Shown piece by piece: positions 37,086 through 50,999 of a stretch of DNA of 64,000 nucleotides. The notes beneath the pieces were generated by a model. That model had not been told where the DNA came from and did not search any database. It saw only the letters and a list, made by a program, of their open reading frames with translations. Source of the DNA: Pristiophorus japonicus (taxonomy: Eukaryota); assembly GCF_044704955.1 (NCBI RefSeq), contig NC_091997.1, positions 34,038,001-34,102,000 on the forward strand. The letters are read 5' to 3'. Position 1 is the stretch's first letter; every line of letters begins with the position of its first letter. The translations under genes were made by a program, and so were the position numbers.

Positions 37086-37534
37086 CTAAACGAGGCCGGG
37101 GACACGGGGCTGTGGGGGGAGCCTATGTGCCGGCAGTCGGAACCGCCCCCATACTGTCTCAGCTCACACAGGATGAAGGGCCATTTGGACAAGGTGCCAT
37201 GAAGCAGAGCTGGAACTGTACGCCAGCGAGTAATCAACGCCTTCCGGGAGGAAATACCCCGAGAGACGAGCAGCTTCGCAGCACACATGAATCCGGCCCG
37301 TGGAGTATTTTGATTGCAGTTAGCACACTTTATATTTCGAACTGGATGCTTCGGTCATGCAGTGCATGTATTGTGCTTGCTTCAACATGTAGAATATTCG
37401 TCAGCCTTCTATGCTCTTAAATAACTGGAGTACTGGGGGGAGGGTCCCTGATGGCTGAGGTGTATGTGTATAGTCTGGTGTGGTACTGAGTAACACAGCA
37501 GAAAAGGCCCAGGATTGACCCCCAGCTGATTTTA

Positions 37535-38095
37535 CCTCCAAAGCTTCTCCACCATCTACAAGGCACAAGTCAGGAGTGTGATGGAATACTCTCCACTTGC
37601 CTGGATAAGTGCAGCTCCAACAACACTCAAAAAGCTCGACACCATCCAGGACAAAGCAGCCCACTTGATCGGCACCCCATCCCCTACCTTCAACATTCAC
37701 TCCCTCCGCCACCGGTGCACCGTGGCTGCAGTGTGTACCATCTACAAGATGCACTGCAGCAACTCGCCAAGGCTTCTTTGGCAGCACCTCCCAAACCCGC
37801 GACCTTTGCCACTGAGAAGGACAAGGGCAGCAGGTGCATGGGAACACCATCACCACCTCCACGTTCCCCTCCAAGTCACATACCATCCTGACTTGGAAAT
37901 ATATCGCCCGTTCTTTCATCGTTGCTGGGTCAAAGTCCTGGAACTCCCTCCCTAACAGCACTGTGGGAGCATCTTCACCACACGGACTGCAGCGGTTCAA
38001 GGCGGCTCACAATACCTTCTCAAGGGGCAATTAGGGATGGGCAATAAATGCTGGCCTTGCCAGCGACGCCTACATCCTGAGAATGAATAAATAAA
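37535..38095 (+). mobile_element. LINE 3' end (CR1/Jockey group, MEYSPLAW family)
   Basis: ORF 37578..37955 MEYSPLAWISAAPTTLKKLDTIQDKAA; tail gggcaataaatgctggcc..aatgaataaataaa. Confidence 0.8.
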
Positions 38096-39229
38096 AGAAG
38101 CTAAGGCAGGAATTGCACCTCTGGACTACGAGCTACAATGAGGCTGTGCTCAGGCCTGCTCACTCTCCAGCCGCCCCTGCTGGACAGTCTGCGTGTGGAT
38201 ACTAGCTGAGGATAGAATCGGACACAGCCATGGTGCTGACCTCCTCCCCCCACCCCATGTCCTAATCGTTTGGGAATATCATTGCCTGGGCTCACGGGTG
38301 AAAGGCTTTGGGAGGGGAAAACATGAGGCAGGATTCTGCTCCTGATTGTTGCCGATGGGGCTCCTGCCAGGAAAGTGTGTGTTGGGGCCACTTGGGCGAG
38401 GTACTGTGAACAGTCAGTCACCATCAAACCATAACCAAATCGGAGGGGGGCAACCTCGGGAAACTGCGGGGGCGGGGGGGTCGGAGAGAGACACAGAAAA
38501 CTATAAGGTAAGTACTGACCCTTCCAAGGTTACAAAGAATGCTAAGGAGCCGGTGCTCAGAGGAGACTGCGACACTATCACGATTTATCATTGATGCAAT
38601 GGGAGTAAAAGCCTTGCCAGGGGTTAAGCCCTGCAAATCTCCGCGATGGTCCTTTTCCTTGTTACGGAGCTGCTTTGCTCGAGGCTGCCACTTGTGGGAT
38701 CACTGGAGGATACAGGGCTCCTGCTGGCCTGTACGCATCCTACACTGAGCAAACTCAGCTGCTCGACAAACTTTCTCCAAAGTTTTTGTTGGGTTTGGCA
38801 AAGATAACACTTCTCACGAGACCCGAGGGAAGAACCATGTCACAATGTGGTCAAATTATATGTAAGGCAGAGCTGCTGCCAGTTTCAAGAACGGCCAAGA
38901 ATGCTAAAAGCAGCAGTGCACCACTGGTGCCTTCTTAAAAGGGGGGTGTTAATTCGATGGGCCCCACCAAAGGACCAACTCAGCCCCCTATTCATTACTG
39001 AACGCCTATAAGAACTGCATCCATTGTGCTGTTCTAAACTTCACATCTCTCTCCAGGCACTGATACGGTGATCAGAATGACACATAATCTACAGCACAGA
39101 ATCAGGCCATTCAGTCCAACTGGTAGCCTAGAACCAGAGGGGAGAGGAGGAGAAATGTTTCTGCGCAGCGAGTTGTTGTGATCTGGAACGCACTGCCTGA
39201 AAGGGCGGTGGGAGCAGATTCAAAATTCC

Positions 39230-40585
39230 CACCGGCAGGACAGACCCACCGGAGGTGACGGCACAGTGGGATACGGTCGTGTGGGAGTGACCCTGGGAGT
39301 CTTCATTGACTCCAACCCCCAGGAAATCTCATGGCTTCAGGTTAAAGATGAGCAAGGAAACCTCCTGCTAATTATCTACCACCCTCCATTAGTACTCTTC
39401 CATGTTGAACACCACTTGAGAAGCACTGAGATTAGCAAGGGCACAGAATGTACTCTGGGTGGGGCCTTCAATGTCCATCACCAAGAGTGGCTCGGTAGTA
39501 CCACCACTGACCAAGCTGGCCGAGACCTGAAGGTCACAGCTGCCGGACTGAACTGAGAGAACCAATAAGGGGGAATAACCCACTTGACCTCATCCACACA
39601 AACTACCTGCCACTCATGCGTATGTCCGTGATGGTATTGGTTGGAGTGGTCACCGCACAGTCCTAGTGGAGACCAAACCTCAGATTCACACTGAGGACGC
39701 CCATCATCATATCGTGTGGTACTCCCACTGTGCTAAGTGGAATATATCAAGAATAGATCTAGCAGCTCAGAATTGTATTCCACCACAATCCGTAACCTCA
39801 TAGCCAGGCATATCCTTCATATGACCATTACCATCAAGCTAGATCACCAACTCTGGTTCGGTGAGGAGTGTAGAGATGCCGGGAACAACACCAGGCGTAC
39901 CTGCAAATGAGGTGCCAACCTGGGGAAGCTACAACACAGGACTGCATGCATGCAAAATAGAAAAAGCAGCATTGTAGTCAGAGGTAAGCGATCCCACAAC
40001 CAATGGATCAGCTCAAAGCTCTGCAGTCCTGTCACATCCAATCATGAATGGTGACAGACAATTAAGCAACTAACGGGAGGAGGAGGCACCATGAATATTC
40101 CATCTTCAATGATGGCGGAGCCCAGCTTGTAAGTACAAAAGTTAAGACTGAAGTGTTCGCAAGCAGCTGCAGCCAGAAGTGCAGAGTGGATGACCCTTCT
40201 CGGCCTCCTCCTAACTCCCCACAGGCTCTCCACCACCTACAAGGCACATGAAGAGCGTGATGGAATACTCTCCACTTGCCTGGATGGGTACAGCCATAAT
40301 AACACTCAAGAAGCTCGACACCATCCAGATTGGCACCCCATCCACCACCTTAAATATTCACTCCCTCCACTACTGGCGCACCGTGGCTGCAGTGTGTACC
40401 ATCTACAAGATACACTGCAGCAACTCGCCAAGGATTCTTTGGCAGCACCTCCCAAACCCGTGACCTCTACCGCCTAGTACCACAAGGGCAATAGGTGAAT
40501 GGGAACACCACGGCCTCCAAGTTCCTCTCCAAGTCATACAGCATCTTGGACATCAATCGCTGTTCCTTCATCGTCGCTGGATCAA
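39230..40585 (+). mobile_element. Degraded LINE of the same family (APE region joined to the 3' region)
   Basis: GAFNVHHQEWLGS endonuclease-like motif; MEYSPLAW at about 40260. Confidence 0.75.
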
Positions 40586-41417
40586 AATAACTGAAACCCC
40601 TCGTATCTGGTACTATTCTAGTAAATCTCTGCACCCTCTCCAAGGCCCTGACATCCTTCCTAAAGTGCGGTACCCGGAATTGGACAGAATAATCTCGCTG
40701 AGGTCTAACCAGTGATTTATAAAGGTTAAGCAATTTCAAATGGCTTGCAAAGTTTGCTGGATAGTGATGAGGAGCAGGAACCCTGTCTGGTCTTTCCTCT
40801 CTCTTACTCGGAGAACATTGAAGCCCACGATAGTGCACAGCTCTGGTGTTTATAGCGTTGCCGTGGATCTATTGCTGAAGTTAATGCGGACAATCCCTGC
40901 GGAAATTCAACCCCTTTAAGACAGCAGTTCTTCCTTTAGATACTTTTTGGCCAGATTTTATTCAGACTTGGAAGTAACCCTTTGTTCATTAAGTCTTTGT
41001 CCCGTTTGCTTTCTTTTGGATTACGAGAGGCAACATCTTGTCTCCACAAGCGCCAACTGGAAATGTAATTAAAGTAAATTTATTGCACCTCAAATTCACA
41101 CTGCGTCTGGTCTTACAAAATAAATTAAAATGAAATAAGTCAACGAAAAAAAAATTGGAAGTACCAATGGTGTCCTTAAAGGGGACAAGTCCCGTCCATG
41201 CCTTGCCCTGAGCCTTGCTGTCAGTGGCCCTAATAGATAGCAATTCAATCACTTGCACCTTCCCAGAGAACATTTTCAACAAATATTGCGAAGAAACGCT
41301 GACTTGTTTAGTTGCAGTGTTCAGTGTCAGCTTGGCTCAGTTGGTAGCATTCTTCCTTCCAAGTTAGAAGGTTGTGGGATCAAGCCCCCACTTCAGGATT
41401 TAAACACATGATCTAAA

Positions 41418-42415
41418 CATAGAAACATAGAAAATAGGTGCAGGAGCAGGCCATTCAGCCCTTCTAGCCTGCACCGCCATTCAATGAGTTCATGGCTGAA
41501 CATGAAACTTCAGTACCCCATTCCTGCTTTCTCGCCATAACCCTTGATCCCCCGAGTAGTAAGGACTTCATCTAACTCCCTTTTGAATATATTTAGTGAA
41601 TTGGCCTCAACTACTTTCTGTGGTAGAGAATTCCACAGGTTCACCACTCTCTGGGTGAAGAAGTTTCTCCTCATCTCGGTCCTAAATGGCTTACCCCTTA
41701 TCTTCAGACTGTGACCCCTGGTTCTGGACTTCCCCAACATTGGGAACATTCTTTCTGCATCTAACCTGTCTAAACCCGTCAGAATTTTAAACGTTTCTAT
41801 GAGGTCCCCTCTCATTCTTCTGAACTCCAGTGAATACAAGCCCAGTTGATCCAATCTTTCTTGATAGGTCAGTCCCGCCATCCCGGGAATCAGTCTGGTG
41901 AACCTTCGCTGCACTCCCTCAATAGCAAGAATGTCCTTCCTCAAGTTAGGAGACCAAAACTGTACACAATACTCTAGGTGTGGCCTCACCAAGGCCCTGT
42001 ACAACTGTAGCAACACCTCCCTGCCCCTGTATTCAAATCCCCTCGCTATGAAGGCCAACATGCCATTTGCTTTCTTAACCGCCTGCTGTACCTGCATGCT
42101 AACCTTCAATGACTGATGTACCATGACACCCAGGTCTCCTTGCACCTTCCCTTTTCCTAATCCGTCACCATTCAGATAATAGTCTGTCTCTCTGTTTTTA
42201 CCACCAAAGTGGATAACCTCACATTTATCCACATTATACTTCATCTGCCATGCATTTGCCCACTCACCTAACCTATCCAAGTCACTCTGCAGCCTAATAG
42301 CATCCTCCTCGCAGCTCACACTGCCACCCAACTTAGTATCATCCGCAAATTTGGAGATACTGCATTTAATCCCCTCGTCTAAATCATTAATGTACAGTGT
42401 AAACAGCTGGGGCCC
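41418..42415 (-). mobile_element. Young CR1 3' fragment with an uninterrupted ~300-aa RT C-terminal frame, inserted in an old SINE
   Basis: ORF 41510..42445; (ttctatgt)n tail; SINE halves on both sides. Confidence 0.93.
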
Positions 42416-42651
42416 CACTTCAGTGCAGTTCTGAGGGAGTGTCACACCATCACAGGTCCCGGATCAAGCAGGAAGCTAAAGACTATCTGCCTGCTCAGGT
42501 GGACGTAAAAGATCGCACGGCACTATTTAAAGAGCAAGGATTTCACTATGTCTGGGCCAATATTCCTCCCTCAACTAACCATTTCCAAAGACAGATTAAC
42601 TGGCCGTTTGCTGTTTGTAGGACCTTGTAGTACATAGACTGGATGCTGCAT

Positions 42652-43110
42652 TTGTCAGCTGTGGCTCAGTGGGCAGCACACTTGTCTCTGAGTCAGAAGG
42701 TTGTGGGTTCAAGACCCACTCCAGGGACTTGAGCACATAAATCTAGGCTGACACTCCCAGTGCCAGTACTGAGAGAGCGCGCACTGTTGGCGGTGCCGCC
42801 TTTCGGATGAGATGTTAAACCGAGGCCGCGTGTGCCCTCTCAGGTGGACGTAAAATATCCCATGGCACTATTTTGAAGAAGAGCAGGAGAGTTGTGTCCT
42901 GGGGCCAATATTTAGCCCTCAATCAACATAACAAAAACAGATTATCTGGTCATTATCACATTGTTGTTTGTGGGAGCTTGCTGTGCGCAAATTGGCTGCC
43001 GCGTGTCCCACATTACAACAGTGACTACACTCCAAAAGTGCTTCATTGGCTATAAAATGCTTTGAGACGTCCGGTGGTCGTGAAAGGCACTATATAAATG
43101 CAAGTTTTTA
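42652..43110 (+). mobile_element. SacSINE1-like SINE (single unit) nested in an older SINE copy
   Basis: The older SINE resumes at about 43115. Confidence 0.85.
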
Positions 43111-43516
43111 TTTTGCATTTGCCTGCATCACAACAGTGATTACACTTCAAAAATATGAAGCACTTAGAGATGTTCCGAGGACATGATACGGCACTATATA
43201 AATGCAAGTTCTACCTCTTTCTTACTACGAGTGCAGGGACCATAATTATACCAGGATTAAGGGTGTGAGATGCGTCACAATGTCTACCCTTTCATGTCAT
43301 AGCAACCGTCTGTGAGAAGAAAAATATCTCACCCCTTTATTGATTCTTTTACAGGTGATCTTAAATTTATGGCCTCTATTTACCCACTCACCAACTTGTC
43401 CCGATTTAATTTAGTGGTTTCAGTTATTAAGAGAAATAGGGAAAGAGTTTTTCCTTAAATAACCTAATGATTGTACGTGACGTGGAGTCATTCAGACACG
43501 AAGATTTTTAACGATT

Positions 43517-43755
43517 CATCATCATCGAAACGAGGATGACTTGCTTCCACGCCAAAAACGATGAGTTCACAGGTGTTTCAATGAAGGACCTAATATTCCA
43601 GGTCCCGAACTACATCGTGAAGGGTGGAAGATGCCTGTGCTTGGATTTTTTTTAACGTGTGCTGGCCGTTGCACACCAGCCACCACACGGGCTTGACCGA
43701 GCTAGGTCTTGGTCCAGTGGCAAGGGTTAACCAAGACGACTGGAGACCTGCTGTA
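43517..43755 (-). mobile_element. Non-coding RTE-tailed element, truncated copy
   Basis: Homologous to 54111-54551; gtggaagcaagtcatcctcg..(GAT)n tail. Confidence 0.7.
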
Positions 43756-43854
43756 CCACTACCAAATTCACTATTCACTACCAAAATGAAGAGCAGAACC
43801 TGAGCTATGGCCACACTGGCCCTCTGGACTTGGTAAAGGTGGTAAGCTGAGAAA

Positions 43855-44520
43855 TCATAGATCGTAGAATCATAGAAATTTACAGCACAGAAGGAGGCCA
43901 TTCGGCCCATCGTGTCCGTGCCAGCCGACAAAGAGCTACCCAGCCTAATACCACTTTCCAGCTCTCGGTCTGTAGCTCTGTAGGTTACAGCACTTCAAAT
44001 GCACATCCAATTACTTTTTAAATGTGGTGAGGGTTTCTGCCTCTACCACCCTTTCAGACCGTGAGTTCCAAACCCCCACCACCCTCTGGCTGAAGAAATA
44101 TCCCCTCAAAACCTCCCTCCAATTACTTTAAATCTATGCCCCCTGATTGCTGACCCCTCTGCTAAGGGAAATAGGTCCATCCTATCCACTCTATCTGGGC
44201 TCCTCATAATTTTATATATCTCAATAAGATCTTCCCTCCGCCTCCTCTGTTCCAAAGAAAACTAACCCAATCTTTCCTCAGTCCAGGCAATATCCTCGTA
44301 AATCTCTTCTGTACCCTTTCTAGTGCAATCACATCTTTCCTGTAATGTGGTGTCCAGAACACTACCTGTGGCCTAACTAGTGTTTTATACAGTTCAAGCA
44401 TATCCTCCCTGCTCTTGTATTTTATGCTTCGGCTAATAAAGGCAAGTATTCTTAACTACCTTATCTACCTGGCCTGCTACCTTCAGGGATCTGTGAACAA
44501 ACACTCCAGTTGTTCCTCTA
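43855..44520 (-). mobile_element. CR1 3' fragment
   Basis: LELYKTLVRP..ALERVQKRFTR; tail ttctatgattct. Confidence 0.85.
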
Positions 44521-44557
44521 CACTTCGCAGCCCCAGAAGGATCAGGCTTGCAGCTTG

Positions 44558-45140
44558 CAGTACTGAGGGAGTACTGCTCTGTCGGAGGGGCAGTACTGAA
44601 GAAGCCCCGCATTGTCGGAGGGACAGTATTGAGGGAGTGCTGCACTGTCGGAGGGACAGTACTGAGGAAGCGCTGCACTGTCGGAGGGGCAGTACTGAGG
44701 AAGCGCTACACTGTCGGAGGAGCTGTGCCGAGGGAGTGCTGCACTCTGGGAGGGGCTGTGCCGAGGGAGCGCCGCACTATCAGAGGGACAGTACTGAGGA
44801 AATACTGTACTGCCAGAGGTGTCGTCTTTAGGATGAGACATTAAACCGAGGCCCCATCTGCCCTCTCAAGTGGATGTATAAGATCCCATGGTACTATTTC
44901 GAAGAAGAGCAGGGGAGTTATCCTTGGTGTTCTGGCCGATATTTATGCCTTAATCAACATCAATGAAACAATTTACCTGATCATTATTTGTGTTTGTGGG
45001 AGCTTGCTGTGCGATAATTGACTGCCGCGTTTCCTACATCACAACAGTGACTACACTTCAGAAGTACTTCATTGGCTGTAAAGCGCTTTGGGACGTCCTC
45101 AGGTTGTGAAAGGTGCTATATAAATGCAAGATCGTTCTTT
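44558..45140 (+). mobile_element. Headless SacSINE1-like SINE with about 8 x 33-bp units
   Basis: Array followed by Deu-type core and tail. Confidence 0.85.
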
Positions 45141-45889
45141 CATTGTTCTTTGCCATGAAGGTGCTGCCACAATAAGCGGTGCAGTCTAGCACTGAGCCGT
45201 GCTGTGCATGTATGGATGTGTGCTGCATATGGGATTGGGCTCAGCCCAAGGGCACACACTTAGAATGGGTACAACAATGAAGTGCCTATGGTACTCGACC
45301 ATCGAACCAAATAGTTAAAAAAACGGAATGGCCTCGAGAACATGGCCAGAGCCTTGGAATCACTGTAAAAACCCGACTGAGTGCACTAATGCCTTTCAGA
45401 GACTGCCTGGTCTGCGCTACACCTGACTCGACTCTCACCATGGGCTTGACCCTGTAAAGTGGCCTAGCCAGTTACTGGGTAGCTCAGGATGGCCATTTAG
45501 TGCAACACTGCACGAGTTCAGAGAACAACATTAAGGAGAAACATAGGTTGCCCAGACACCCTGAGGAAGTATACTTGACCATTAGTCAAAGGGAGGAAGG
45601 GAGAAAGGAGTGGAAATGAGAGCTATAATTAGAGGGTGATTACTTTTGCTGACAGCACCTCCACAATGGATTGTCATCTGGCAGAAAGTGCCAGTGTGTG
45701 AAGAAATTAATGATGCTTCACAGTATCTTTTCCACACAAGAGGCATATCCTATAGCCGTGAGTACAGGGACACTGACAGCACGGATACAGAACGGAATGC
45801 AACCTCGCTCAATCGCAGCAAGAAAACTCCAGGTAAATCCTGCTTCCGATTATTTGCTTATTTTTTATTTTGTCCTAACTTTTATAGGG

Positions 45890-46580
45890 TGAAGAGGGGG
45901 CCATTAAGCCCCTCGAGCCTGTCCTGCCATTCAATAGATCATGGCTCCATATACCCGCCTTTGGTCCCATATCCCTTCATACCTTTGGTTAACAAAAAGC
46001 TATCAATCTCAGATTTAAAATTAATTCACCCAGCATCAATTACCGTTTGCAGAAGAGCGTTGCAAACCTCTACCACTCTTTTTGTATAGAAGTGTTTCCT
46101 AATTTCACTCCTGAAAGATCTGGCTCTAATTTTTAGACTGTGCCCCCTCGTCCTGGAATCCCCAACCAGCGGGAATAGTCCCTCTCTATCTCCCCTATCT
46201 GCTTCCTTAATATCTTGAAAACTTCGATCAAATCACCTCTTAACCTTCTAATTTTCAGGGAATGCAACCCTCCTTTGTGTAATCTCTCCTCGTATTTTAA
46301 CCCTTGAAGTCCAGGTAAAACTGGTACACCCACGCTGCACTCTCTCCAAGGCCAATATAGACTTCCTAAGGTGTGGTGCCCAGAACTGGTCACAGTGCTC
46401 CAGGTGTGGTCTAACCAGCTACAGCTACAGCATAACCTCTACTTGTATTCTAGTCCTCTAGATATAAAGGCCAGCATGCCATTAGCCTTTTTGATAATTT
46501 TCTGTACCTGTCCAGGGCATTATAATGATCTATGTACCTAGATTCCCCCCCCCACCCCCCCACCAAGTTTCTTTGGACCT
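45890..46580 (-). mobile_element. Degraded CR1 3' fragment
   Basis: RRLRGDLIEVFKIL motif. Confidence 0.8.
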
Positions 46581-46859
46581 CCTGAAGGGGCCGGTTGACT
46601 CTCGCTGGGGTAAGATTCCACAGGCAATAGCCGCCCTCCTGCACCTCATTCAAGCAGCCATTCTTCATGTCTGACTCTAGGCAACAAGGCCTAGGCTTTC
46701 GGTACTGTTAGCATTATTTTAACCAGCGGCCTATTTCACTGTGGGGGGCATCACACCCGAGCTGGATTTTGTCCTGACACATGCACTTTACAAACAGTGT
46801 CACTAAATAATGATCAGGAGCAGGTGCAGCTGCCGAATCTATTCCTCTCCCTACTCCAA

Positions 46860-47175
46860 CAACAAACTTGAATTTATATAGCACCTTTAACGTAGTAAAA
46901 CATCCCAAGGTGCTGCACAAGAGCGTTAGCAGACAAAATTAGATATTAGGACAGGTGGCCAAAAGCTTCATCAAAGAGGTAGGTTTTAAGGAATGAGCTA
47001 AAGGAGGAAAAAGAGGCGGCGAGGTTTAGGGAGGGAATTCCAGAGTTTACAGCCTTAGCAGCTGAAGGCACGGCCGCCAATGGTGGAGCGATTAAAATCA
47101 GGGATGCGCAAATGGCCAAAATTGGATCAGTGCAGAAATCCCGGAGGGTTGTCAGGCTAGAGGAGGTTACAGAAA
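46860..47175 (-). mobile_element. L2 3' end
   Basis: Tail aggtgctatataaattcaagtttgttg. Confidence 0.75.
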
Positions 47176-48283
47176 TGGGGGGGGGGGGGGGACCACGGGG
47201 GTTAATTGCAGTTCCCCTATCGGTGCCTCGGCTAAGCTGGGTTTACTCAGCACAGACTATGCATTGAGCCGGCGAGCTCACTGCTTCAGCAGATGTTGCC
47301 TGACTGGTTGGCCTCTCCTCTTCTCTGTGTTGTGGTTTTAATTTTCATTTCCTTTCGCTTTCGCTCATTTAACAGACACCGCAGCTGACACTTTTACGGG
47401 AAACCTGTCTTGTAAGAAAGATTTCTAGACAGTGCTTTGCTTGTTCAAAGCAACGGTGCTCCCCGTTTCTAACAGGCTGCCTATTCATTAACACCAGCGC
47501 CCGGCAGCCTCTGCAGCTTTCAGGCTCTGCGTACTAAACCTGATTTAAAAGGTGTGTAGGAGGCAACAGATTACAGCTATTATTGGGTTTCAACCCAATC
47601 CTATTAAAAAAAACAGGGGATACTGCAACAGAATGTAAAATAATAACAAAACGCATTCAAGACGGGATTGCTCTTCACAGAGTGCAGGATTGCGGTTTAA
47701 GAGCACAGTCGAAAGGCCACTCCCCTAACAGCGAACACCCCAGGTTTAACCGCTTTTAATGGAGCGAATCGTTCCCTTTACCCGGAGTGTACTGTGTACA
47801 TCTACAGGAGTTGACACTGAGACACACACAGAACCAGCCAGGAGTGAATTATTCCCCTTTGTCCATGTAATATTATTTCTTCTGGAGAGGGGAGTCCAGA
47901 ACAAAGGGGCATAACCTTAACAATAACGGCAACTTGTATTAATATAGCGCCTTTAACGCAGTGAAACGTAGTAAAATCAGAGCCATGCCGTTCAGGGCGA
48001 TGTCAAGAGGCATTTCTTCACACAAAGGGCAGTGGGAATCTGGCACCGCGCCCCCCCCCCCCTCAAAAAGCTGTTGAACCTGGGGGAGTCAATTGAAATT
48101 TTCAAAACTTAGGTAAGGGTATTAAGGGTTACAGAACCAAGGTGGGTAGATGGAGTAAAGATACAGATTAGCCACAATCTAATTAAATGTGGAACAGGCT
48201 CGAGGGGCTGAATGGTCACTTCCTGTTCCTACCCACTGTGTACTGGACACGTACAGTTACCGGGTCTCAGCTGGGCGGCTGCA

Positions 48284-48748
48284 GTGCCAGCTGTGGCTCA
48301 GTGGGCAGCACTCTCGCCTCTGAGTCAGAAGGTTGTGGGTTCAAGTCCAACTCCAGAGACCTGAGCACATAAATCTAGGCTGACACTCCCAGTGCAGTGC
48401 TGAGGGAATGCTGCACTGTCGGAGGTGCTGTCTTTCGGATGAAACATTAAGCCGAGTCTGCTTTCTCAGGTGAATGTAAAAGATCCCACGACACTATTTT
48501 GAAGAGGAGGAGGGGAGTTATCCCCAGTGTCCTGAAGCCAATATTTATCCCTCAATCAACATAACAAAATCATAATTTCTGGTCATTATCACAGTGCGGT
48601 TTGTGGGAGCTTGCTGTGCGAAAAATTGGCTGCCGCGTTTCCCACATTACAACAGTGACTACACTTCAAAAGTACTTCATAAGTTGTAAAGTGCTTTGCG
48701 ACGCCCGCTGGTCGTGAAAGGCGCTATATAAATGCAAGTCTTTCTTTC
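48284..48748 (+). mobile_element. SacSINE1-like SINE, full length with a single 33-bp unit (unexpanded reference state)
   Basis: Head, one unit, core and tail. Confidence 0.9.
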
Positions 48749-49733
48749 AACTTTCCTGGGCTAGGCTCCGGAAATTCAGTGGTCTCCATCCAATGACCCC
48801 TGCTAGAAAAGTGGGGCGTGTGGGCATTGGGGCGAGGTCAGGATCGACTTCCGATGTAACGTGTCCCCTCCCCACATGGTTGATGAACATACTGACACTT
48901 ATTAGACCCTTGGGTTGCCTCTCGGAACTCATTTCCCCGACACGGAAAAGCTCCCTCCCTAAAACCCGCCTTTTGGACTGTGCATTTGGGCAATACCACC
49001 CCACCGACAGTCCGAGCTGCTGACTATCCCTTTCTCCTCTGTGGCCCGTTATTAAAGACGCTGGATAAACGCAGGCAGTGGCTGCAAGGTATAACTTGCG
49101 AAGCGTGACCACGTGGGCTCGGGCTGTGGCTGGAGGGCGCCTGGCTCCTGCGGCTCTGCATTTCAGCAGAAGTCGGTCCCTGCGCTGTTAATTCAGGAAA
49201 TAAAAAAATAAACACTTCACCTTTCGGGGGGAAAGCTGCAGCGTTAAGGGGAGGACTGGCCTCATTTTTTTTTAAAACGAGCTTGAAAAACAACTCCTGG
49301 CTTTGTTTAACCTCACACTGAATTAGGTTGTGTGTCGTAGGGTTTTGGTTTTATCCTCCCCCCTGCAGGAAGTTTAAGATTAATTCTGTCTGCTCTAATT
49401 CCAGACAGGATGTGATCTAAACAGATAAAACAGACTCCACACTATTAACTGTGTGCGAGTCCTTTGCAGCCGCTGCGTAGGAGCATCAGAGGCATTGCCG
49501 AGGTGAGTCGAACAGTCATTCCAACGATGCAGATACGCAGCTCGGGAGGGAGGAGGGGGTTACTGTTCCACAGACTGTGTGCCAGTAAAAGCAGACCTCG
49601 CGGGGGCGGATGGTGGAATGAATTCAGGTGGGGAGCAGGACTCTATTCTGTAGTTCCTGGCAGTCTGGCCGATGAATGCGCTTTGGAAAGAGTTGGAAAC
49701 TCGGCACCTATCGACCGCGTCAGCCGATAAAAA

Positions 49734-50350
49734 GTGTCAGCCATGGCTCAATGGGCAGCACGCTCGCCTCCCAAGTCAAGAGGTCGTGGGGTCAGGTCCC
49801 ACTCCATAGACCTGAGCACATAATCCAGGCTGACCCTCCCACTGCAGTGCTAAGGGAGTGCCACACTGTCAGGGGCAGTACTGAGGGAGCGCCGCACTGT
49901 CGGAGGGGCAGTACTGAGGGAATGCTGCATTGTCGGAGGGGCAGTACTGAGGGAGTGCCGCACTGTCAAAGGGGCAGTACTGAGGGAGCGCCGCATTGTC
50001 GGAGGGGCAGTACTGAGGGAGCGCTGCACTGTCGGAGGTGCAGTCTTTCGGATGAGACATTAAACCAAGGCTTCGTCTGCTCTCTCAGGTGGACGTATAA
50101 GATCCCACGGCACTATTTGAAGAAGAGCAGGGGAGTTATCCCTGATGACCTGGCCAATATCCATCTCTCAACCAACATCTAAAACAGATGATCTGGTCAT
50201 TACCACATTACTGTTTGTGGGAGCTTGCTGCGCACATTGGCTACATTATAACAGTGACTACACTCCAAAAGTAATTCCTTGGCTGTGAAGCGCTTTGAGA
50301 CGTCCTGAGATCATGAAAGGCGCTATATAAATGCAATTCTTCCTTTTTTT
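49734..50350 (+). mobile_element. SacSINE1-like SINE with about 6 x 33-bp units
   Basis: Head, array, core and tail. Confidence 0.88.
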
Positions 50351-50539
50351 TTAAACCCCATTCCGTCCCCACTTCTCTCACTGCCTTTAAACCTCAATCT
50401 TCTCAAACCCCATCCTTTCGGTCAAACTGTCAGTCACCCTTGCCCATCTCCCCCTCCATGACTTGCTGTCCCCCTCCCGTACCTATTTCCAGGTTGCAGG
50501 AACCAATGCAACATGCAAGCCAGCTAACTCAGGGCCTGT

Positions 50540-50890
50540 CGGAAGGCGCTGCACTGTCGGAAGGGCCGTCTTTCGGATGAGACATTAAACCGAGGCCCCG
50601 TCTGCCCTCTCGGGTGGAGGTAAAAGATCCCATGGCACTATTTTGAAGAAGAGCAGGGGAGTTATCCCCAGTGTCCTGGGGCCAATATTTATCCCTAAAC
50701 TAACATCACTAAAAAAAGATTATCTGGCCATTATCACATTGGCTGTTAGTGGGAGCTTGCTGTGCGCAAATTGGTTGCTGCGTTTCCCACATTACAACAG
50801 TGACTACATTTCAAAAGTATTTAATTGACTGTAAAGCGCTTTGAGATGTCCTAAGGTCATGAAAGATGCTATATAAATGTAGGTCTTTCT
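50540..50890 (+). mobile_element. SacSINE1-like SINE, headless
   Basis: Core and tail. Confidence 0.85.
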
Positions 50891-50999
50891 TCCTTCTCTC
50901 TCTCCTCCCCTGAAGCTCATGCTGGAGTACGACTATATGGAGCCTAGCTGGTTTCTGATACCTCACCCTTCATGATCTGCCTGAGCGGCCGGTGGGAAA

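Noticed and set aside
40803-40900. Possible missing SNX11 upstream exon (..RGLQC.. followed by gtaag)
   Set aside because: No PELPGK or FL(E/D) match, no good acceptor, and the phase does not fit
45646-46089. 147-aa ORF
   Set aside because: No ATG start and no recognisable domain; second half is antisense CR1
48284-48360. tRNA-like sequence with A and B boxes
   Set aside because: Head of a SINE continuing into the SINE body; no proper acceptor stem; same for all copies
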